Shown: positions 53,218 through 62,917, numbered from the stretch's first letter. The stretch is DNA of 64,000 nucleotides from Rhodocyclaceae bacterium (GCA_020248265.1 JADCHX010000004.1:28183-92182); one strand, 5' to 3'. Notes: generated by a model from the sequence alone, not told the origin. Program-made: numbers and translations.

Positions 53218-54993
53218 ATGAGCACAACCCCGATCTCCGACGACCCCTATCGCCACGCCCGCCGCAGCGAGGTACGCGACGGCATGCAGATCGACTGGGA
53301 TATGCCGATCCTGATGGACGACGGCGTGGTGCTTCGCGCCGACGTGTTCCGGCCGCTGGGCGAAGGCCGCCATCCGGTGATCCTGTCGAGCGGGCCGTAC
53401 GCGAAGGGGCTCGATTTCCAGGAGGGCTACCCGAGCCACTGGGCGCGACTGGTGAAGGCGGCCCCCGAGATCCTCGAAGGATCGTCGAACAAGTACCAGA
53501 ACTGGGAGCTGGTCGACCCGGAAAAGTGGGTGCCCGACGGCTATGCCTGCGTGCGCGTCGATTCGCGCGGTGCGGGCCGCTCCCCCGGTGTGATCGACTG
53601 CTGGTCGCCGCGTGAGACGCTCGACATGAAGCTGTGCATCGAGTGGGCGGGCGAGCAGCCGTGGAGCAGCGGAAAGGTCGGGCTGAACGGCATCTCGTAC
53701 TACGCGATGAACCAGTGGCAGGTCGGTGCACTCAAGCCGAAACACCTGGCCGCGATGTGCATCTGGGAGGGGTCGTCCGACTACTACCGCGAACTCTCGC
53801 GCCATGGCGGCATCCTGTGCGGTTTCCTCGACGGCTGGTACCGGCGGCAGGTGAAGTCGGTGCAGCACGGCCTGGGCGCGCGCGGACCGAAGAGCAAGGT
53901 GACCGGCGAGCCAGTCGCCGGTCCGCTCGAACTCGGCGAGGCGGAACTCGAAGCCAACCGGGTCGATCTTGGTGGCGAGGCGCTGGCGCGGCCGCTGATC
54001 GACGACTACTACCGCGCGCGCATGCCGCGCTTCGAGGATATCGAGGTGCCACTGGTGTCGTGTTCGAACTGGGGCGGCATGGGGCTGCATCCACGCGGTA
54101 ACTTCGAGGGTTTCCTGCGCGCGGGTTCGAGACAGAAGTGGCTCGAGATCCATGGCGATACCCACTTCACGCATTTCTACACGAGCTATGGCATCGCCCT
54201 GCAGAAGCGGTTCTTCGGCCACTTCCTCAAGGGCGAGGACACCGGCTGGGCGAAGCAGCCGCGGGTGTCGGTCAACGTGCGCCATCCGGGCGAACGTTTC
54301 GAACTGCGCGATGAACAGGAATGGCCGCTGGCCGGCACCCGCTTCACGCCGTTCTACCTCGACCCGGCCAGCCGTACGCTCACCACCACGCGTCCGTCTG
54401 TCAGCACCACGCTCGATTACGAAGCGATGGGCGAAGGGCTGACCTTCAGCACGCCGCCGCTGACCACGCCGATGGAAATCACAGGCCCGGTGGCGGCGAA
54501 GCTCTGGCTGTCGTCGCGCACCCGCGATGCAGACGTATTCTTCGTCGTGCGCGTATACGACCCGCAGGGCAGGGAAGTCACCTTCATCGGTGCCAACGAT
54601 CCGCGCGTGCCGGTGGCCATCGGCTGGCTGCGTGCATCCCAGCGCAAGCTCGACCCGGGCGAGAGCCGGCCGTGGCGGCCGTGGCACCCCCATGACGAAG
54701 CCTGGCCGCTGCAGCCCGGTGTGCCGGTCGAACTCGATGTCGAAGTCTGGCCGACCTCGATCGTGGTGCCGGTGGGCTATCGCCTCGCGGTCACCGTACT
54801 CGGGCGCGACTACGAGTTCGACGGTACCGATGCATCGCCGCCGAACGGGCCGTATCCGATGAAGGGCGTGGGCCCGTTCCTGCACAACGACCCGGTCGAC
54901 CGTCCGCCCGAGGTGTTCGGCGGCGTGAATACGCTGCACTTCGACCGGGAGCGGGCGTCGTATGTGCTGTTGCCGGTGATCGGGGCGCCCTGA
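53218..54993 (+). CDS. CocE/NonD-family (X-Pro dipeptidyl-peptidase S15-like) hydrolase
   Basis: DGYACVRVDSRGAGRSPG and nucleophile region LNGISYYAMNQW; 591 aa with the C-terminal beta-sandwich typical of the family. Confidence 0.85.
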   Translation: MSTTPISDDPYRHARRSEVRDGMQIDWDMPILMDDGVVLRADVFRPLGEGRHPVILSSGPYAKGLDFQEGYPSHWARLVKAAPEILEGSSNKYQNWELVDPEKWVPDGYACVRVDSRGAGRSPGVIDCWSPRETLDMKLCIEWAGEQPWSSGKVGLNGISYYAMNQWQVGALKPKHLAAMCIWEGSSDYYRELSRHGGILCGFLDGWYRRQVKSVQHGLGARGPKSKVTGEPVAGPLELGEAELEANRVDLGGEALARPLIDDYYRARMPRFEDIEVPLVSCSNWGGMGLHPRGNFEGFLRAGSRQKWLEIHGDTHFTHFYTSYGIALQKRFFGHFLKGEDTGWAKQPRVSVNVRHPGERFELRDEQEWPLAGTRFTPFYLDPASRTLTTTRPSVSTTLDYEAMGEGLTFSTPPLTTPMEITGPVAAKLWLSSRTRDADVFFVVRVYDPQGREVTFIGANDPRVPVAIGWLRASQRKLDPGESRPWRPWHPHDEAWPLQPGVPVELDVEVWPTSIVVPVGYRLAVTVLGRDYEFDGTDASPPNGPYPMKGVGPFLHNDPVDRPPEVFGGVNTLHFDRERASYVLLPVIGAP

Positions 54994-55067
54994 AGGCGCG
55001 CGGCTGCGCTGGCTTCGTTATTGCTTCCGGTGGATCGGTCGCGGCCCCACACGCCGCACCGCTCTCC

Positions 55068-56081
55068 GTGATGAAAGGGTCCCTCGTGTACGCCAGCCCG
55101 CACCGCACCGCCACATCGGCGCGCCTGTATCTGGTCGCAGCCGCTGCAACCATGGCCGCCTCCAGCGGCGCGTCCGCCCAGTCCTGGCCCGTGTCACCCG
55201 TGCGCATGATCGTGCCGTTCACCGTCGGTGGTGCATCGGACACCGCCGGCCGTATCCTGGCCCAACAGTTCAGCGAGCGCTGGGGGCAGAAGGTGTTCGT
55301 CGAGAACCGACCGGGCGCCGGCGGCACCATCGGCACCGAAATCGCCGCGCGGGCGAAGCCCGATGGCTACACGCTCCTGCTCGGTTCGTCGACCGAACTC
55401 GCGGTGAACCCGAACCTGTACCCCAGGCTCGCGTACGACACGCTGCGCGACTTCGCGCCGATCGGGCTGATCTCCTCGACGCCGATGCTGCTGCTGGTGC
55501 ATCCGTCGCTGCCGGTGAAGACGGTGGCCGACCTGGTGAAGCTCGCAAAGGCGCGGCCGGGCGAGCTGATCTATGCCTCGTCCGGCAATGGCGCCAGTAC
55601 CCATCTCGCACCGGAGATGTTCAAGCGCGCAGCGGGCATCGATCTGCTGCACCTGCCACATACCGGCGCGGCCCCGGCCGTCGTGAGCATCATGAACGGA
55701 CAGGCTCAGGCAGGCATCCATGCGGTGCCGGCCGTACTCGGCCAGGTGCGCAGCGGCAAGCTGCGCGCACTCGCGGTCACCAGCGCAAGGCCGATCGACC
55801 CGTTGCCGGGCGTGCCGACGCTGGTGCAGTCGGGCTATCCCTCGATGGACGTGGTGATCTGGAACGGCCTGCTGGCTCCTTCGGGTACGCCGGCCGAGGT
55901 ACTGTCTCGCATCGAGTCGGACCTGCTCGTGGTGCTGAAGGATGCGCAGGTGCAGGAGAGCTTCGCCAACCAGGGCGCCGAGATGACTCCCGGCGATGGC
56001 AAGGTGCTCGGGCAGCTGATCCGCTCCGAGCTCGCACGCTTCGGGCAGGTGATACAACAGGCGAAGATCCGGCTTGACTGA
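55068..56081 (+). CDS. Bug/TctC-family substrate-binding protein
   Basis: PVRMIVPFTVGGASDT and HLPHTGAAPAVVSIMNGQAQ. Confidence 0.85.
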   Translation: MMKGSLVYASPHRTATSARLYLVAAAATMAASSGASAQSWPVSPVRMIVPFTVGGASDTAGRILAQQFSERWGQKVFVENRPGAGGTIGTEIAARAKPDGYTLLLGSSTELAVNPNLYPRLAYDTLRDFAPIGLISSTPMLLLVHPSLPVKTVADLVKLAKARPGELIYASSGNGASTHLAPEMFKRAAGIDLLHLPHTGAAPAVVSIMNGQAQAGIHAVPAVLGQVRSGKLRALAVTSARPIDPLPGVPTLVQSGYPSMDVVIWNGLLAPSGTPAEVLSRIESDLLVVLKDAQVQESFANQGAEMTPGDGKVLGQLIRSELARFGQVIQQAKIRLD

Positions 56082-56112
56082 TCCGGCTCGACTGACCCGC
56101 AGGAGGAAGGCA

Positions 56113-56595
56113 ATGGCACTTGATCACGCGCACTTCATGGACATCGCGCTGGAACTGTCGCGCGAAGCGTGGGTGCAGGGCAACCGGCCGCTCGGCTCGC
56201 TGATCGTCGATCGCGACGGCAACATACTGGCGCGCGGTGGAAACCGGGTGTATTCCGATTCAGACCCGACCGCGCATGGCGAGATGGTGGTGATCCGCGA
56301 GGTCTGCCATGCGCAGCAGCGCGTGGAACTGTCCGACTGCACGCTGTACACCGCGATGGAGCCTTGCCCGATGTGCTGCTGGGCGATTCTAGAAGCCCAG
56401 GTGGGCTGCCTGGTGATCGGTGGCCGCCACGCCGGCATCGGCCGCAAGGATATCGGTCGCTACAGCGTCGAGACGCTGCTCGACCTCACCGGCCGCAAGC
56501 TGGATTTCGTCACCGGCGTGCGCACGAAGGAGTGTGAGGAACTGCGCCTGAAATGGATCGCCGAGCGCGCGGCGCGCGGGCTCGGGCCAAGGTAG
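56113..56595 (+). CDS. CDA-fold nucleoside/nucleotide deaminase (TadA/guanine-deaminase-like)
   Basis: AGGAGGAAGG RBS. Zinc motifs AHGEMVVIRE (HxE) and MEPCPMCCWA (PCxxC). Confidence 0.85.
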   Translation: MALDHAHFMDIALELSREAWVQGNRPLGSLIVDRDGNILARGGNRVYSDSDPTAHGEMVVIREVCHAQQRVELSDCTLYTAMEPCPMCCWAILEAQVGCLVIGGRHAGIGRKDIGRYSVETLLDLTGRKLDFVTGVRTKECEELRLKWIAERAARGLGPR

Positions 56596-56677
56596 GGGCG
56601 CATGATGCATCCGGCGATGCGCGTCACACAAGATCCGTTGCAGGATTGATTTTTTCGGCAAGCTGCCAGAGAGTGGG

Positions 56678-57223
56678 ATGACCATGCAATCGATCAAGCA
56701 CACCATCGATCCGGCCTGTGCCGGGGTTCCGTTGCAGGACCTGATCGACACTCGCGTCGCCCGCTTCACCGCGATACCGGGTGACTGGGACGCCTTCGCC
56801 GACTCGCAGGTCGAAGGCCGGCGGCGCGCCCAGCACCGTTTCATCGGCGCTGGCGGGTCGGGCAAGCATGATCCGCACGCGATCCCCGCGGGCGGCTTCA
56901 CGCTCAGCATCATGCAGGTGCCACCGGGCCAGGGTGGCTCCGCCCATACGCACGAGGTCGAGGAAGCGTTCTTCGTGCTCGAGGGCGTACTCACCGTCTT
57001 CATGGAAGATGGCCATGGCAACCGGGTCTCGACCCGGCTCAACCGCTGGGAGGCTATCTCGTGCCCGGCAGGCGTGCTGCACGGCTTCGAGAACGAGGGT
57101 GACGTGGACGTCTACATGCAGACCTTCATCGGCTCCGGCAAGCCGGGGCCCGTCGGCTACGCCGACGACGCGATCTACTCGGAAGAAACGACGCGGCTGG
57201 CCGCGCGCCAGTCTGCGACCTGA
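56678..57223 (+). CDS. Cupin-domain protein
   Basis: GGSAHTHEVEEAFFVLEGVLTV..CPAGVLHGFEN. Confidence 0.8.
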   Translation: MTMQSIKHTIDPACAGVPLQDLIDTRVARFTAIPGDWDAFADSQVEGRRRAQHRFIGAGGSGKHDPHAIPAGGFTLSIMQVPPGQGGSAHTHEVEEAFFVLEGVLTVFMEDGHGNRVSTRLNRWEAISCPAGVLHGFENEGDVDVYMQTFIGSGKPGPVGYADDAIYSEETTRLAARQSAT

Positions 57224-58200
57224 TTGTCGGACAGGGACACCAGGGGGGGCGGCGCATCGTTGACCTGCAGGTGGAACACGTCCGGCCGGTTGTAGTGCCC
57301 GCCGAAGTCGTGCACCAGCCGCGCGCGAACGGTGAGCTCGAGGTCGATGTCCGCATGCAGGATGCCTTCGCGATCGCCGTGCCAGGTCTCGGTGATCGCG
57401 ACCCCGCGCGGATCGATGATGACCGAGCCACCGCTGTGGGCGGGCTCGCGCAGCCAGGCGCGGTCCGCATCCGTCGCGGGCAACCGCTCGGCCATCTCGG
57501 CAGTGACGATGCCGCAGGCGCTGATCACGAAGCACTTGCAGGTATAGGCGACGTTGCGCGCGACGAGCAGACTCATCTCTGGCATGTCGGGGAAGCCTGG
57601 CGTGGGCTTGAAGTGGTTCGGCCATGACGCCACATGGATGCGCGAATACTGCGAGGCGATGACGGCCTGCGCCAGCGGGTTCGAGTTCTCGCCACAGATC
57701 AGCCCGCTCACTGGCCCGAACTCGGAGGGCCAGGTGCGCTGGCTGTCGCCCCCACCGCCGGTGTGTACCAGGCGCTCGCTCATGGTGGGCATCAGCTTCT
57801 GGTGCCGGCCGACGATCGTCCCCGTTCGATCGATGAACAACTGGGTGTTGTAGAGCGTGCCGGTGGTCGACGCGCGCCGCTCCGTCACGCCGATCACGAC
57901 GAACACCCGGGCAGCGGCAGCTGCCGCGCAGAGTGCATCGACCTGGGGCCCCGGAATCTCCACCGAATTGGCGAACAGGGCGGTCGCCATGTCCATGCTT
58001 CTCGGGCTGAAGGCCGGATGGAAGTAGTACCAGACCGGATGGCCAGGGATGAAATTCTCGGCGAAGCCGAGCATGTCCACGCCGAGCGTGCCCGCTTCGG
58101 CGATGAGCTCGCAGGCGCGCGCGACCGCAGCTTCCCGGTCCAGGAAGGCCGTGCCGGCCTGTGCTGCGGCTACACGAAGCTTCGGCCAGCTATCACCCAT
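57175..58200 (-). CDS. Nitrilase-superfamily carbon-nitrogen hydrolase (nitrilase-like)
   Basis: E-K-C triad contexts FAENFIPGHP, RHQKLMPT and LICGENSNP. ATG 58200 with an AAGGGGA RBS. The 3' end overlaps the cupin gene's 3' end by 49 nt. Confidence 0.85.
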   Translation of the reverse strand: MGDSWPKLRVAAAQAGTAFLDREAAVARACELIAEAGTLGVDMLGFAENFIPGHPVWYYFHPAFSPRSMDMATALFANSVEIPGPQVDALCAAAAAARVFVVIGVTERRASTTGTLYNTQLFIDRTGTIVGRHQKLMPTMSERLVHTGGGGDSQRTWPSEFGPVSGLICGENSNPLAQAVIASQYSRIHVASWPNHFKPTPGFPDMPEMSLLVARNVAYTCKCFVISACGIVTAEMAERLPATDADRAWLREPAHSGGSVIIDPRGVAITETWHGDREGILHADIDLELTVRARLVHDFGGHYNRPDVFHLQVNDAPPPLVSLSDNQVADWRAASRVVSSE

Positions 58201-58225
58201 CGGTCGTCCCCTTGTCCAGTGACGG

Positions 58226-59203
58226 TCACTGCAGCGAGATCTTCGCCTCGCGGATGATCGGTCCCAGCCGGCGCAGGTCATCCGCGATGGCCTGTCCCAG
58301 CTGCTCCGGCGTGGAGGTGGCGTTCACGAGCCCCATGCCGTTGACCCGCTCCATCACCCCTGGCTGGCGCATGATGCGAACGATCTCGGTGTTGAGGCGG
58401 GACACCACGTCCGGTGGCGTGCCTGCGGTGGCCATGACGGCATAGAAGCCGTTCACCGCCGTCATGTCGGCGAAGCCCAGCTCCGACAGCGCGGGGACCG
58501 TCGGCAGCGAAGGCAGTCGTGCCGGACCCACCACGGCCAGTGCCTTGACCTTGCCGGCCTGCACGTGCGGGATCGAGGTCGCCGAGTCGAACATGTAGTC
58601 GACCTGTCCTCCCAGCAGGGCATTGAGCGCAGGTGCGATGCCGCCGAACGGCACGTGCAGCGAACTCGTGCCGGTCTGCATCCCGAACAGGATGCCACCC
58701 AGTTGCGGGTTGGTGCCGTTGCCCGACGAAGCGTATGTGAGCTTGCCCGGCTGCGCCTTCAGCAGCTCGACGAACTCCTTCACCGTGTTCACTGCATGGC
58801 GCGGATGCACGGCAAGGATGAGGTTCAGGCGTGCCGGCATCACGATCGGCGCGAAGCTCTTGATCGAATCGAAAGGCATGTTCTTGTACACATGCGGGTT
58901 CACGGTCAGCGTACTCGAACTGCTGATCATCAGCGTGTGGCCATCGGGTGCCGCGCGCGCGACGGACTCACCAGCCAGATTGCCGCCCGCGCCGGGGCGA
59001 TTGACGACCAGCACCGGCTGGCCCAGCACCGGGGAGAGGTCGGCTGCGATCAGCCTGGCCACGGCGTCGATCGAACCGCCCGCGGGAACCGTGACGACCA
59101 GGTTGACCGGCTTCGAGGGAAATCCCTGCGCGGCGGCGGGCGCTGCAAGCAGCAACGCTGAAATCGCGATGGCGTCTGCAAACGATGAGTGGGGCCGGTT
59201 CAT
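58226..59203 (-). CDS. Bug/TctC-family substrate-binding protein
   Basis: Signal peptide, PVNLVVTVPAGGSIDA, HVPFGGIAPALNALLGGQVDY. Confidence 0.9.
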   Translation of the reverse strand: MNRPHSSFADAIAISALLLAAPAAAQGFPSKPVNLVVTVPAGGSIDAVARLIAADLSPVLGQPVLVVNRPGAGGNLAGESVARAAPDGHTLMISSSSTLTVNPHVYKNMPFDSIKSFAPIVMPARLNLILAVHPRHAVNTVKEFVELLKAQPGKLTYASSGNGTNPQLGGILFGMQTGTSSLHVPFGGIAPALNALLGGQVDYMFDSATSIPHVQAGKVKALAVVGPARLPSLPTVPALSELGFADMTAVNGFYAVMATAGTPPDVVSRLNTEIVRIMRQPGVMERVNGMGLVNATSTPEQLGQAIADDLRRLGPIIREAKISLQ

Positions 59204-59401
59204 GGTTGGCGCTCTCCTGATGGCTTATCGGATGCTACGTACCTGACGCAAGCTTCGTACCACGAAGAAAGCTGCCGTCTGCGGGTCGCCAGCGATCTTC
59301 TTGCCGGATCGACGGGAAGACCGAGGTTCGATGATTATCGGCCAAAGCCATACACGACAGATATCGATCTGCCTGAATGCAGGCTTCGCAGTCAGTGATG
59401 C

Positions 59402-60709
59402 TCAGGCTATCCGCCTGGTCATTTCTTCGAGCACGGTGTGCAGGACAACCCGGAGGCAGCGCGATTCACCGGCCATCGTCGCGGACAGTTCAGGGCGTGC
59501 ATGGGCGATCCGGGCATTCTCGGCTTCGACCTCGGCGTACAGCGCTTCCGCTTCCCGGATAGCGCGGCTGCGGAGGCTTTCCAGCAGGCGCTCGGCTGTA
59601 CCTCTGGCTAGATTCAGCGATGCGCCTGCCTCCAGCAACAGGCCATGGCTGATATCCGAGAAGTGCTGAAAGCCCAGAATCGGCCACGCCAGCCGGGTGT
59701 GAGCGGGCCATCCTTTCTTGTCGAAGGCGGGTGTGTCATAGGCGGCGACGCTGAGCATGTCGTAGAACGGTGCCAGCTGAACGCCCTCGTGCGAGACCAG
59801 AAAACTCAGGTTTTTCAGGTGGGCATCGCCATTGCCGACGAGCACGTTGAACACCAACCAGCAAAAAAGCCGGGAACGCGCGACTGCCGGGCTGCGACAG
59901 GCATTGGCCAGTGCCGCGAGGTTTTCCATGCTGCCCTGGCTGTATTTGAAGCTGCGATCCAGCCCGAGCAACTGGCATGCGTCGATCACGTGTCTGCGTT
60001 GCCAGCCTCGACCCTCTCGAACGCGGTCAAAGCGATCGATCAGGTACACCGGTGACGGTACGTATCGACGATGCACGTCGGGTACATCGAGTCCCAGTCG
60101 CTTTGCCAGCCGCATCACGAACCATTCATTGATCACGGAATGGGGGTAGTCCTCATCCGGGTGATCGGGCTTCAGGATATGGGTCGAAGGCGTCGCGCCA
60201 GCGGGTTCAAACAGTGCGCCATCTTGCAGGACGACCGCCAACTTGTGCTGGGCCCCCGCCAGCGACATGCGCTTGATGGCGGCATGCGTCAGCGGTGCCC
60301 TGGGCAACTGACGAATGCGGTTCTCCATTGCATCGTCCGGTAACGGTTGCAGGGGCTCTGTTGTTTGCGGCGCAGCGTCCGGGGGCAGCAAAGTCAGCGA
60401 CCCAGCTGATTCCGCGCCGTACCAGGCCAACAACCCGAACGCGTCTGCCGCATCCAGCCCGGCATCGCCGGCCAGCAGAACACGTTGGCTTTCTTCGGGG
60501 AGCAGGTTGTCGAAGTACCATTGCACGGGGCGCTTGCTGGCGCCGTCCAGTAACGATCCTGCTGTCAGTGGAAGGTGCGCGCTGAGCGCGAAGCCCCTCG
60601 GGCTGCCCAGCCAGTCTGCGGAGTACTGAAAACTCCACAGGCCAGCCACTTCCTGCAACGTGCCAACTTCCGTCTGATTGATCGAGGCGCGCAAGGCCCG
60701 GCCGTTCAC
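59402..60709 (-). CDS. hipA: HipA-family serine/threonine kinase toxin (type II TA)
   Basis: N-terminal coupling domain VGTLQEVAGLWSFQYSADWL..YFDNLLPE. Catalytic loop VGNGDAHLKNLSFL. GTG start at 60709 overlaps the hipB stop (GTGA). Confidence 0.85.
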   Translation of the reverse strand: MNGRALRASINQTEVGTLQEVAGLWSFQYSADWLGSPRGFALSAHLPLTAGSLLDGASKRPVQWYFDNLLPEESQRVLLAGDAGLDAADAFGLLAWYGAESAGSLTLLPPDAAPQTTEPLQPLPDDAMENRIRQLPRAPLTHAAIKRMSLAGAQHKLAVVLQDGALFEPAGATPSTHILKPDHPDEDYPHSVINEWFVMRLAKRLGLDVPDVHRRYVPSPVYLIDRFDRVREGRGWQRRHVIDACQLLGLDRSFKYSQGSMENLAALANACRSPAVARSRLFCWLVFNVLVGNGDAHLKNLSFLVSHEGVQLAPFYDMLSVAAYDTPAFDKKGWPAHTRLAWPILGFQHFSDISHGLLLEAGASLNLARGTAERLLESLRSRAIREAEALYAEVEAENARIAHARPELSATMAGESRCLRVVLHTVLEEMTRRIA

Positions 60710-60972
60710 GGCTTGTCTCTGCTGTTCGCTGGGTCGTTCAAGTACGCGGCCACGCGCTCGGGCACATCCACCATGACACGGACGCCCAGACCTTCGAGCA
60801 CCTGAAAGAGCTTGCCCCACTGCACGGATCCACTGCCGCGTTCGATCTTGCCCAGAAAATTCTCGCTGACGCCGATGCTGCCTGCGGCATCATCCTGACG
60901 GATCTTCTGTGCCTTGCGGCTGGCGCGTACGACCCTGCCGATGGATGCTGCGTTTTCGATAGGTATCTTCAT
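60706..60972 (-). CDS. hipB: XRE-family HTH antitoxin HipB
   Basis: 88 aa from ATG 60972. IRQDDAAGSIGVSENFLGKIERG HTH. Lies directly upstream of, and overlapping, hipA. Confidence 0.8.
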   Translation of the reverse strand: MKIPIENAASIGRVVRASRKAQKIRQDDAAGSIGVSENFLGKIERGSGSVQWGKLFQVLEGLGVRVMVDVPERVAAYLNDPANSRDKP

Positions 60973-60975
60973 GAA

Positions 60976-61099
60976 AGAATCCTCACGCAAGTAAGGATTC
61001 TGCGCCAAGTGGACGCATTTGGCACAAAATCCTTTTGATCGTGTGGATTGTTTGTGTCCGCGAGCTTCATCACCTGAAATCCTCTTGATCACAAGGACT
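60976..61099. promoter_or_regulatory. Three hipB-operator-like palindromes AATCC-N12-GGATT, spaced exactly 50 bp apart
   Basis: AGAATCC-N12-GGATTCT at 60976-61001. AATCC-N12-GGATT at 61028-61049. AATCC-N12-GGACT at 61078-61099. The AATCC half-sites start at 60978, 61028 and 61078. Confidence 0.6.
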
Positions 61100-61318
61100 T
61101 TAGCGAGAGGCACGCTCCACTCCAGTCAGGACATGACGAACCTGGCTACCTTTCGCGCTGACGACTGGGCTGGCTGCGCTGCATTGGATCTCGCAAGGCC
61201 GCGGCCATGAGAGCACCGGGGTTGGCGGCACGGACTGATCTGTTCGACCTGCCTCGAAAGGTTTCTCAACCCACGAATGCGTCGTAGAGTCGGCCGGTGG
61301 CAGCAACGTTCAGGAGCC

Positions 61319-62341
61319 ATGATCATGATCGAGTTGCAGCACGACGAGCTGGTTTTTCAGTTTCCCGAGGTACACGCGGATGCGGCTTGCCGAGTGGACT
61401 TTCAGCGGACGCTGCGCATCCCTGACGACAACCGGGAATATCCACTGCCGCCGGGGTTAGGCCGTTTTCCATTGGCGCATGTTGAAGAACATTGTTCACG
61501 ATTGCCCGCTGGATGGATCGAGCGTTCCGGCGTCATGCTGCCGATGTACCAGGCCGAGGCGTTGTGGATCAGTTTTTCCAGCGAGTCCGGTTCGCAAACG
61601 GGGGTGAGTTATCCGTTCGCAGTCAAGATCGCGGCAGGCAGGATCAATGCGGTGACGGGGGACGAATGGAGCAACGCCCTCGTCAAGGACCCGCAGGACT
61701 ATCTCGTGGTGCCCGATCAGCCCTGGCTCGACGGTTTCTGCGTGCAGAAGGGACTGATCAGGCAGTTTGTCGCGATGCCGCTCGGGCAGGGTTACACAGC
61801 CGAGGAGCAGATTTCTGGTGCCGCAGAACATGGCGGCATCCAGATCATCGTCTACCCGATGAAACGAGAGCGCTACGAAGAGATATTGGAGCGGAGCACT
61901 CGCGCTTTCGGTGCAGACGTCTGCTACAGCGTTGCCGAACCATGCATGTCGGCAGCGATGGGGTTGGCGCCTGGTGGGCTGATGCGGCAGGAGATCTACG
62001 AAGACGAGTATGGATACGACGCATGGGACATGTCCAGGTCCAGCCGGTGCTTCGTTCACATCCTCAACAGCGCCCAGTGGACAATCGCGACCGGCAAGCC
62101 TGTGCCGGGGCAGCAACCTTCGGCGGCCGACTACACGAAAGCAGGTTTGCCCTGGTTCGAGTACTACGATGACAGGCTTGGTGCGCTGGGTGGCGCGAAG
62201 AAACTTGCAGGCCTGGACAGCGTCGCCGCCAAAGGCGTGAAGCTCGGCGAGAAGCCGATCGTGGAGAATGACGCGGTCAAGCCGCAGAAGATCGTGCCGC
62301 TCGGGTCAGGGGCCGCGAAGGTGAGTGAGGGGAAGTGGTGA
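61319..62341 (+). CDS. Conserved-looking hypothetical protein (~340 aa), unknown family
   Basis: Balanced composition. RTLRIPDDNREYPLPPGLGRFPL..MLPMYQAEALWISF..QFVAMPLGQGYTAEEQ. The likely start is ATG 61319 or 61325, after GGAG. Confidence 0.6.
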   Translation: MIMIELQHDELVFQFPEVHADAACRVDFQRTLRIPDDNREYPLPPGLGRFPLAHVEEHCSRLPAGWIERSGVMLPMYQAEALWISFSSESGSQTGVSYPFAVKIAAGRINAVTGDEWSNALVKDPQDYLVVPDQPWLDGFCVQKGLIRQFVAMPLGQGYTAEEQISGAAEHGGIQIIVYPMKRERYEEILERSTRAFGADVCYSVAEPCMSAAMGLAPGGLMRQEIYEDEYGYDAWDMSRSSRCFVHILNSAQWTIATGKPVPGQQPSAADYTKAGLPWFEYYDDRLGALGGAKKLAGLDSVAAKGVKLGEKPIVENDAVKPQKIVPLGSGAAKVSEGKW

Positions 62342-62345
62342 AGTC

Positions 62346-62906
62346 ATGACCATACGCACCAGCATCACCCATCCGCTCTGCCTCGACCCGCTGCCGGTGG
62401 GGACGCAGGGTGGAGTACTCGGCATCACCCTCTGTCCCGGCAAGCATGCGCCGAGCTACAACGGCCCGGCCTGGGCGCGCGACCTGGAACTCGACCTCGA
62501 CCACATCCGGCGCTGGGGTGCGCTGGCCGTGCTTACGCTGATCGAAGACCACGAATTCGATGCGCTGCATGTCACGGGCCTGGGTGCCGGCGTCACGGCC
62601 AGGGGCATCGACTGGCATCACCTGCCCATCACGGATGGCAGCACGCCGGATGACCGGTTCGAGGCCGGATGGTCTCGCATCGGGCCGGGGCTGCGCGACC
62701 TCCTGGTCGGCGGTGGTCGCGCGGTCGTGCACTGCAAGGGCGGCCTCGGTCGTGCGGGCACCATCGCCGCCCGCATCCTCATCGAGACCGGTACCGCGCC
62801 GGCGGAGGCGATCCGCCAGGTGAGGGGCGCGCGCGGCAAGGACGCGATCGAGAACGCGCGCCAGGAGCGATATGTCCTGGGTCTCGCCCCGGGTACCCAT
62901 CGCTGA
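62346..62906 (+). CDS. Dual-specificity / KAP-like protein phosphatase (Cys-based PTP fold)
   Basis: P-loop VVHCKGGLGRAGT (HCx5R) preceded by HLPITDGSTP. The start is 4 nt after the upstream stop. Confidence 0.8.
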   Translation: MTIRTSITHPLCLDPLPVGTQGGVLGITLCPGKHAPSYNGPAWARDLELDLDHIRRWGALAVLTLIEDHEFDALHVTGLGAGVTARGIDWHHLPITDGSTPDDRFEAGWSRIGPGLRDLLVGGGRAVVHCKGGLGRAGTIAARILIETGTAPAEAIRQVRGARGKDAIENARQERYVLGLAPGTHR

Positions 62907-62917
62907 GCCCTTCGCGG

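Noticed and set aside
59300-59350. tRNA fragment or att-site remnant suggested by GGTTCGATGA upstream of the Bug gene
   Set aside because: There is no complementary T-arm stem, acceptor stem or CCA context around it. The match is a short chance similarity to the T-loop consensus.
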